A DNA stretch of 24,000 bases from Variovorax paradoxus (GTDB lineage Bacteria > Pseudomonadota > Gammaproteobacteria > Burkholderiales > Burkholderiaceae_C), in contig NZ_LR743507.1 of assembly GCF_902712855.1 (NCBI RefSeq), positions 2,012,253-2,036,252 on the forward strand. Direction: 5' to 3'. This document shows positions 18,636-24,000 of the stretch, piece by piece; position 1 is the stretch's first letter, and each line of letters starts with the position of its first letter. The position numbers and the translations under genes were made by a program. Under the pieces are notes generated by a model. The model was not told the origin of the DNA, made no database searches, and worked only from the letters and a program-made list of their open reading frames with translations.

Positions 18636-18716
18636 CGACCCCGACCACGGCACAAGCGGGGACCATTTAGGGCAAACCCTAGGACCCGCCAGAAGCATGC
18701 ATAACAAGGAGACCGA

Positions 18717-19331
18717 ATGCCCAGCTATTCCATCGACGGCGTGATTCCCGTCGTCGACCCGAGCGCGTACGTGCACCCCACGGCGGTGCTGATCGGCGAC
18801 GTGATCGTCGGCCCGCGCTGCTACGTCGGCCCTTGCGCCAGCCTGCGCGGCGACTTCGGCCGCATCGTGCTGGAGGAGGGCTCCAACGTGCAGGACCACT
18901 GCTGCATCCACGGCTTTCCCGAGAACGACACGGTGGTCGAGGTCAACGGCCACATCGGCCACGGCGCGATCCTGCACAGCTGCATCGTGCGGCGCGATGC
19001 GCTGGTGGGCATGAACGCGGTGGTGATGGACGAGGCCGAGATCGGCGAGAAGTCGATCGTCGCGGCCTGCGCGTTCGTTCCGGCCGGCATGAAGGTGCCG
19101 CCGCGCTCGCTGGTGGCGGGCATTCCCGCCAAGGTGAAGCGCGAGCTGAGCGACGACGAGATCGCCTGGAAGCTCGAAGGCACGCAGACCTACCAGGCGC
19201 TCACGGTGCGCAGCCTGGCAAGCCTGCATGAAGTGGCGCCGCTCGCGCAGGTGGAGGCTGGCCGGCCGCGCCTGCCGCAGACCGACGTGCGCTCGCTCAT
19301 CGCCACCAAGCGGGGAAGCGAGGGCGGCTGA
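18717..19331 (+). CDS. paaY: PaaY, hexapeptide-repeat (left-handed beta-helix, gamma-carbonic-anhydrase-like) thioesterase/regulatory protein
   Basis: 204 aa ([67 protein letters not shown]). AAGGAG lies at 18706-18711, 5 nt before the ATG. Confidence 0.9.
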   Translation: MPSYSIDGVIPVVDPSAYVHPTAVLIGDVIVGPRCYVGPCASLRGDFGRIVLEEGSNVQDHCCIHGFPENDTVVEVNGHIGHGAILHSCIVRRDALVGMNAVVMDEAEIGEKSIVAACAFVPAGMKVPPRSLVAGIPAKVKRELSDDEIAWKLEGTQTYQALTVRSLASLHEVAPLAQVEAGRPRLPQTDVRSLIATKRGSEGG

Positions 19332-19395
19332 CCCGCTGCCGCTTCGTGCAAGATCGCGCGTTGCCTTCGAACGACCAACCCAGGAACCCGACCCG

Positions 19396-20046
19396 ATGCC
19401 GCGTGGAAGATCCGCCACCTACGACGACCAGCGAGAACTGATCCTCGCGCAGGCCGCCCAGCTGTTCGCGCGCAGCGGCTACCCGGCCACCTCGATGAAC
19501 CAGGTGGCCGAGGCCTGCGGCCTCTCGAAGGCCACGCTCTACCACTACTACAAGGACAAGAGCAGCCTGCTCATCAGCATCGCCGAGACGCACGTGTCCA
19601 AGCTGGCGGCGCTGGTGGCCGAGGAAGAAGCGTCGACCCAGACCGACGAGGAGCGCCTGCGCCGCTTCATCTACCGCATCGTCGAGGAGTACGCCGGCGC
19701 CCAGGACGCGCACCGCGTGCTGACGGACGACGTGCGCTTTCTCGAGGAGGCCGACCGCGAACGCGTGCTCGACAAGGAGCGCGAGGTGGTCGCCGGCTTT
19801 GCGCGCGCGGTGTCGGCGCTGCGCCCCGGCGCCCCCAGCGACGACCTCGCCAAACCGCTGACCATGCTGCTGTTCGGCATGATCAACTGGATGTTCACCT
19901 GGATGAAGCCCGACGGAAAGCTCGACCACGCGGCCATCGCGCCGATCGTGGCCGACCTGTTCCTGGGCGGCATTGCGGCCGTGAAATCGCCGGACTATGC
20001 GGCGATCGAGGCCAGCGCCCGGGCCGCTCAGGCCGTCACCGAGTAA
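19396..20046 (+). CDS. paaR: TetR/AcrR-family transcriptional regulator, probable phenylacetate-pathway repressor (PaaR-type)
   Basis: I start it at MPRGRSATYDDQRELILAQAAQLFARSGYPATSMNQVAEACGLSKATLYHYYKDK (TetR helix-turn-helix), ATG 19396. The paaR role is inferred from its position downstream of paaY. Confidence 0.8.
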   Translation: MPRGRSATYDDQRELILAQAAQLFARSGYPATSMNQVAEACGLSKATLYHYYKDKSSLLISIAETHVSKLAALVAEEEASTQTDEERLRRFIYRIVEEYAGAQDAHRVLTDDVRFLEEADRERVLDKEREVVAGFARAVSALRPGAPSDDLAKPLTMLLFGMINWMFTWMKPDGKLDHAAIAPIVADLFLGGIAAVKSPDYAAIEASARAAQAVTE

Positions 20047-20831
20047 CGCGCCGCCGGCTTGCCGTTCTGCGACGCGCCGAAGAGCCGGGCGCCCGCATCG
20101 GTGAAGTTGGCGAGCAGGGCGGCCTCGTTCATCGACGGCATCGTGATCGGCTCGCCCAGGTCGAGCCCGGCGAGCGCGGCATCCACGCAGTGTTCGGCCG
20201 CCATCACCGTGCCTTCGGCCAGGTTCGACACCGGCACGCCCGACAGCTCCCAGATGTCGGTGGCCGTGGCCGCCGGCAGCACCAGCTGCACCTTCACGGC
20301 GGTGCCGGCCACTTCGTCCTGCAGCCCGCGCGTGAACGCCAGCACGAAGGCCTTGGTGCCGCTGTAGATGCTGCTGATCGGCAGCGTGTGGAATCCCAGC
20401 ACCGAGCCGATGTTGACCAGCGTGCCGCGGTTGCGCGCCTTGAAGGCCGGCAGCACCGCATGGCTCAGCCGCGCGAGCGCATGGATGTTCACGTCGAGCA
20501 TCGACTGCAGCTGTGCGGCCGAGGTCTGCGCCACGGGTGCCAGCGTCGAGGTGCCCGCGTTGTTGACCAGCAGCGTGATCGACGGGTCGGTGGCGACCGC
20601 CTCGGCCACGCGCTCGAGGTCCGCGGCGGCGCCCAGGTCGGCTGTCAGTGTGCGCACCTTCACGCCGTAGGCGCTGCGCAAGGCTTTTGCCGTTTCTTCC
20701 AGCAGGTCGCCGCGCCGGGCCACCAGCAGCAGGTCGTAGCCGCGCCGCGCCAGGCGGTCCGCGTAGATCTTGCCGAGACCGGCGGAGGCGCCTGTGACCA
20801 CGGCGGTGCCAGGGGTTGCTTGTTCGCTCAT
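20028..20831 (-). CDS. Short-chain dehydrogenase/reductase (classical SDR)
   Basis: I start it at MSEQATPGTAVVTGASAGLGK (TGxxxGxG), ATG 20829-20831. NNAG and the catalytic YSGTK motif are present. Its 3' end overlaps the paaR 3' end by 19 nt (convergent). Confidence 0.9.
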   Translation of the reverse strand: MSEQATPGTAVVTGASAGLGKIYADRLARRGYDLLLVARRGDLLEETAKALRSAYGVKVRTLTADLGAAADLERVAEAVATDPSITLLVNNAGTSTLAPVAQTSAAQLQSMLDVNIHALARLSHAVLPAFKARNRGTLVNIGSVLGFHTLPISSIYSGTKAFVLAFTRGLQDEVAGTAVKVQLVLPAATATDIWELSGVPVSNLAEGTVMAAEHCVDAALAGLDLGEPITMPSMNEAALLANFTDAGARLFGASQNGKPAARYSVTA

Positions 20832-20863
20832 TTCGAATCCGTTCAGGTGTGGGTTGGTGCTCA

Positions 20864-20885
20864 AAGCATGATGACCATCATGCTT
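20864..20885. promoter_or_regulatory. 22-bp palindromic operator 1 (perfect 10-bp arms): aagcatgatg-ac-catcatgctt
   Basis: I checked the pairing position by position. It lies in the SDR/TetR divergent intergenic region, 32 nt from the SDR ATG. Confidence 0.6.
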
Positions 20886-20894
20886 GGCGGATCG

Positions 20895-20916
20895 AAGCAT
20901 GATGACTATCATGCTT
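20895..20916. promoter_or_regulatory. 22-bp palindromic operator 2 (one arm mismatch): aagcatgatg-ac-tatcatgctt
   Basis: A second copy of the same palindrome, 31 bp (start to start) from operator 1 and 46 nt upstream of the TetR ATG. Confidence 0.6.
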
Positions 20917-20962
20917 AGCGTCAAGTGAGCTTTAGAAGTACCCCGGAACAGGAAGAGGTCAC

Positions 20963-21547
20963 ATGCGATACCCCGCAGCAGAAACCGCCGAAAAGCACCA
21001 GAAGATCCTCGACGAGGCCTCCCGCCTGTTCAAGGAGCGCGGCTTCGGCGTGAGCGTGAGCGAGATCATGAAAGCCACGGGCCTCACGCACGGGCCCTTC
21101 TACAACCACTTCGACTCGAAGGAAGCGCTGATGGCGGCGTGCATTTCGCATTCCGCCGACCGCGCGCTGGTCGACCTCGATGCCGCCGGCGAATCGCCCG
21201 ACGCCATGCGTGCCTACGTGCGCGACTACCTGAGCCACGAGCACCGCGACGCACGCGCCGAAGGCTGCCTGGTGGCGGCGTTCGCTGGGCTGTCGGACAG
21301 CAGCGCGGGCGTGGGCGCGTCGCTCACCGCGTACCTCAAGTCGGTCATCGACCGTTTCACGCGCAACTTCCCGTGGCGCTCGAAGAAGAATGCGCGCGGC
21401 GACGCGATCCGCACATTGGCCTCGATGTATGGCGGCGTGGTGCTGGCCCGCGCGGTGGACGACGAGGCGCTCTCGGAGGAAATCCTGCGCGAGGTTCTGG
21501 GCGGCCTGCAGGCGGCCGGGCCTTCACGCCGGGCCGAAGGACCCTAA
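20963..21547 (+). CDS. TetR/AcrR-family transcriptional regulator
   Basis: 194 aa with an N-terminal helix-turn-helix (AEKHQKILDEASRLFKERGFGVSVSEIMKATGLTHGPFYNHFDSKEAL). It is divergent from the SDR gene. Confidence 0.9.
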   Translation: MRYPAAETAEKHQKILDEASRLFKERGFGVSVSEIMKATGLTHGPFYNHFDSKEALMAACISHSADRALVDLDAAGESPDAMRAYVRDYLSHEHRDARAEGCLVAAFAGLSDSSAGVGASLTAYLKSVIDRFTRNFPWRSKKNARGDAIRTLASMYGGVVLARAVDDEALSEEILREVLGGLQAAGPSRRAEGP

Positions 21548-22581
21548 AGGATGCGGTTGAACCACAGCAGCGACAGCCCCGCCGACAGCAGCGTGAGCAC
21601 GGCCGCGCCCATCGCGAACAGCGCGGAGATCTCGGTTTCCTTCTTCTCCACGGTGAGCTTGGAACTCAGCGTGTTGTAGACCTTCTTCAGGTCGTCGGCA
21701 GTGCCCGCGTAGAAGTATTCGGCATTGGTCTTGTTGGCGATGGCCTTGAGCGTGTCCTCGTCGAGCCGCACGCGCATCGACCAGCCCTCGAAGCCGATGG
21801 TCTCGCCGTCGACCGTGCCCACGCCCACCGTGTAGATGCGCACGCCGCGATCGGCCGCGGCCTTGGCTGCGTCGAGCGGATCGACGCCGGTGGTGCGCTG
21901 GCCGTCGGTCAGCATGATCACGGCGGCCGAGGTGAACGAACCGGGTGCCACGGGCGTGAATTCCTTGAGCTTCTTCTCCGACTGGTCGATGGCCGCGCCG
22001 CGCTGGCGGCTCGGCGCGCTGAACTGCTCCACGTCCAGCCCTGCGTCGGGGAACAGCGTGGCCAGCGACACCACGATGGCATTGCCGGTGGCGGTGGCGC
22101 GCTGCAGCTGGAAGCTGTCGATGGCCGTCACCAGGTCCTCGTGGTTGGTGGTGGGCAACTGCGCCACCTGCGCGCTGCCGGCGAACGCCACGATGCCCAC
22201 CTTCACGTTGCGCGGCAGGTCCTTGATGAAGCTCTTGGCCGCTTCCTGCGCGGCCACGAGCCGGTTGGGCTGCACGTCGGCCGCGCGCATGCTGCCCGAC
22301 ACGTCCATCGCCAGGATGATGGTCTGCTGGTTCGACGGCAGCACCACCACCGCCATCGGCCGCGCCGCTGCAATCAGCATCGCGGCCATGGCCAGCAGGA
22401 ACAGCAGCGGCGGGATGTGCCGCCGCAGGCTCTGCCCGGGGCCCATCGCCTCGCGCACGATCGACAGGCTGGCATAGCGCACCGCCAGCTTCTTCTTGCG
22501 GCGCAGCAGCCACAGGTAGAGCAGGATCAGCAGCGGCAGCGCCGCCAGCAGCCAGAGGAATTGAGGCCAGAGAAAGGTCAT
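21544..22581 (-). CDS. VWA domain-containing membrane protein (BatA-like)
   Basis: I start it at MTFLWPQFLWLLAALPLLILLYLWLLRRKK (ATG 22579-22581, 345 aa). MIDAS motif ILAMDVSGSM is present, with N-terminal and C-terminal TM segments. The ATG overlaps the DUF58 stop (ATGA). Confidence 0.87.
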   Translation of the reverse strand: MTFLWPQFLWLLAALPLLILLYLWLLRRKKKLAVRYASLSIVREAMGPGQSLRRHIPPLLFLLAMAAMLIAAARPMAVVVLPSNQQTIILAMDVSGSMRAADVQPNRLVAAQEAAKSFIKDLPRNVKVGIVAFAGSAQVAQLPTTNHEDLVTAIDSFQLQRATATGNAIVVSLATLFPDAGLDVEQFSAPSRQRGAAIDQSEKKLKEFTPVAPGSFTSAAVIMLTDGQRTTGVDPLDAAKAAADRGVRIYTVGVGTVDGETIGFEGWSMRVRLDEDTLKAIANKTNAEYFYAGTADDLKKVYNTLSSKLTVEKKETEISALFAMGAAVLTLLSAGLSLLWFNRIL

Positions 22582-23576
22582 GCTGCCACCGCCTTCATGC
22601 CAGCCGGTCCCATGCGCGCGCGGCGCTTGCGCAGGTCGGCGAACCGGACGATGGCTTCCACCAGGTCGTCGTTGGTCGAGAGTTCGAGTGCGTCGACGCC
22701 GGCCTTGGCGAGCGCCGCGCGCAGTGCGGTCTCGCGCTCGGACGCCAGCCGCGCGAAGCGCTTGCGAAAGCCGGCGTCGTGCGTGTCCACCCACAGCTGC
22801 TCGCCGGTCTCCGCGTCGCGCAGCGGCACCAGGCCGAGGTCGGGAAGCTCGAGCTCGAGCGGATCGAACAGCCGCACGGCCACCACCTCGTGGCGCTGCA
22901 CGAGCTGCCCCAGCGGACGCTCCCAACCGGGCTCGCTCAGGAAGTCGGACACCACGAACACGGTGGAGCGGCGCGGCATCAGCGTGGCCGCCGACTTCAG
23001 CAGGTCGTCCAGCCGCGTCATGCCCTTCTGCGTGGGGGAAAACCCGGCCTTGTCGGCGCGCCTTTCCATGGCGTGCAGCAGGTGCAGCACATGGCGGCGC
23101 CCGCTGCGCGGCGGGATCACGGCTTCGAGGTCGTTGCCGTAGACCAGCGCGCCCACGCGGTTGCCATGGCGCGTCAGCAGCCGCGCCAGCACGCCGACGA
23201 AGCCCGCCGAGATCTCGCGCTTGGCCTTCAGGCCCGAGCCGAAGTCGACCGAGCGGCTCAGGTCGAGCACGAACCAGGCGGACATCTCGCGGTCCTCGGT
23301 GAACACGCGCACATGCGGCGTCTGCAGCCGCGCGGTGACGTTCCAGTCGATGTGGCGCACGTCGTCGTGGTGCTGGTACTCGCGCAGGTCGGCCAGGTCG
23401 AGACCGGCGCCGCGCATCAGCGTGCGGTAGTCGCCCTGCAGCAGGCCGTCGAGCCGGCGGATGACGGTCCACTCGAGCCGGCGCAGCGCGCGCTCGGCCC
23501 CGCCGGCCACGGCCGCTTCGGCCGCCAGCCGTTCGTCGTTCGCGGCCGCAGGGGCCTTGCGCCACCAGCTTTTCAT
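22578..23576 (-). CDS. DUF58 domain protein (MoxR-associated)
   Basis: Contains YQHHDDVRHIDWNVTARL, the D.R.IDW..TAR pattern characteristic of DUF58. Start is ATG 23576 (MKSWWRK) or ATG 23624 (16 codons longer); the two cannot be distinguished from sequence alone. Confidence 0.85.
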   Translation of the reverse strand: MKSWWRKAPAAANDERLAAEAAVAGGAERALRRLEWTVIRRLDGLLQGDYRTLMRGAGLDLADLREYQHHDDVRHIDWNVTARLQTPHVRVFTEDREMSAWFVLDLSRSVDFGSGLKAKREISAGFVGVLARLLTRHGNRVGALVYGNDLEAVIPPRSGRRHVLHLLHAMERRADKAGFSPTQKGMTRLDDLLKSAATLMPRRSTVFVVSDFLSEPGWERPLGQLVQRHEVVAVRLFDPLELELPDLGLVPLRDAETGEQLWVDTHDAGFRKRFARLASERETALRAALAKAGVDALELSTNDDLVEAIVRFADLRKRRARMGPAGMKAVAA

Positions 23577-23595
23577 GCGATTCCCGTGTACGCCG

Positions 23596-23680
23596 CGCGC
23601 CCGGCCCTGCCGGACCGCAGGCATTGCTCACGGCACGGCGGCCGGCGAAGCGGCACCAGGTGCAGGAAGTGCAGGAAGAC
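23596..23680 (+). repeat. Degenerate REP/MITE-like element, type 1 (copy E)
   Basis: It keeps the ccggc-cct-gccgg hairpin (23601-23613) and an exact gaagcggcac (23647-23656), also present in copy B at 13151-13160. The two features are 45 nt apart here against 44 nt in copy B, by my count. The central C5/G5 hairpin is lost. Confidence 0.4.
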
Positions 23681-23695
23681 GGGCGGCGTGCTCAT

Positions 23696-24000
23696 TCAGG
23701 CCACCAGCTTTTCATGTTCGAGCGGCTTGGGCGGCGCCGGAACGGCACGCATGATCTTCTCGACCAGGCCGTCGGGCGTCAGGCCCTCGGAGAGACCTTC
23801 GTACGACAGCGTCACGCGATGGCGAAGCACGTCGGCCACCAGCGCGGTCATGTCTTCCGGCAGCGCATAGCTGCGGCCGCGCAGCAGCGCCAGGGCCCGC
23901 GCGCCTTCCGTCAGGCTGATGCTGGCACGCGGGCTGGCGCCGAAGGTGATGAAGCGGCGCAGGTCCTTCAGCCCGTGCTTCTCGGGCGTGCGCGTGGCCG
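23696..24000 (-). CDS. MoxR-family AAA+ ATPase, C-terminal part (partial, start outside window)
   Basis: My manual reverse translation gives ...RRFITFGASPRASISLTEGARALALLRGRSYALPEDMTALVADVLRHRVTLSYEGLSEGLTPDGLVEKIMRAVPAPPKPLEHEKLVA*, with the stop at 23696-23698. FGASPRAS and VLRHR are MoxR lid-domain hallmarks. It is absent from the ORF track because its start is outside the window. Confidence 0.85.
   Translation of the reverse strand, partial: ATRTPEKHGLKDLRRFITFGASPRASISLTEGARALALLRGRSYALPEDMTALVADVLRHRVTLSYEGLSEGLTPDGLVEKIMRAVPAPPKPLEHEKLVA

Overview
High-GC (about two thirds G+C by eye) betaproteobacterial-type chromosomal window; the taxon is my inference, not a search result. All family calls come from motifs I read in the supplied translations. 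No database search was run.

The core (4589-18557, minus strand) is a phenylacetate (paa) catabolic supra-operon: paaG-paaI-paaK-paaA-paaB-paaC-paaD-paaE, then a four-gene HAAT/Liv-type ABC importer (binding protein, permease, fused permease-ATPase, ATPase), then paaZ. paaY and a TetR-type regulator (paaR-like) are transcribed divergently from a shared control region at 18558-18716.

Left flank:
- the 3' end of an unknown CDS
- a small membrane protein
- a TerC-CBS-CorC membrane protein translationally coupled to a flavin reductase
- a same-strand pair of a CPBP (CAAX-protease-like) gene and an ICMT-like methyltransferase gene

Right flank:
- an SDR/TetR divergent pair with two tandem 22-bp palindromic operators
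- a MoxR(partial)-DUF58-VWA (Bat-like) module

The structure not explained by genes is a family of REP/MITE-like palindromic elements. They fill nearly every non-overlapping gene junction of the paa operon. One copy between MoxR and DUF58 is flanked by an exact 17-bp direct repeat.

I saw no tRNA, rRNA, CRISPR array, transposase or integrase. Most other long ORFs in the six-frame track are alternate-frame or antisense artefacts of the high GC content.
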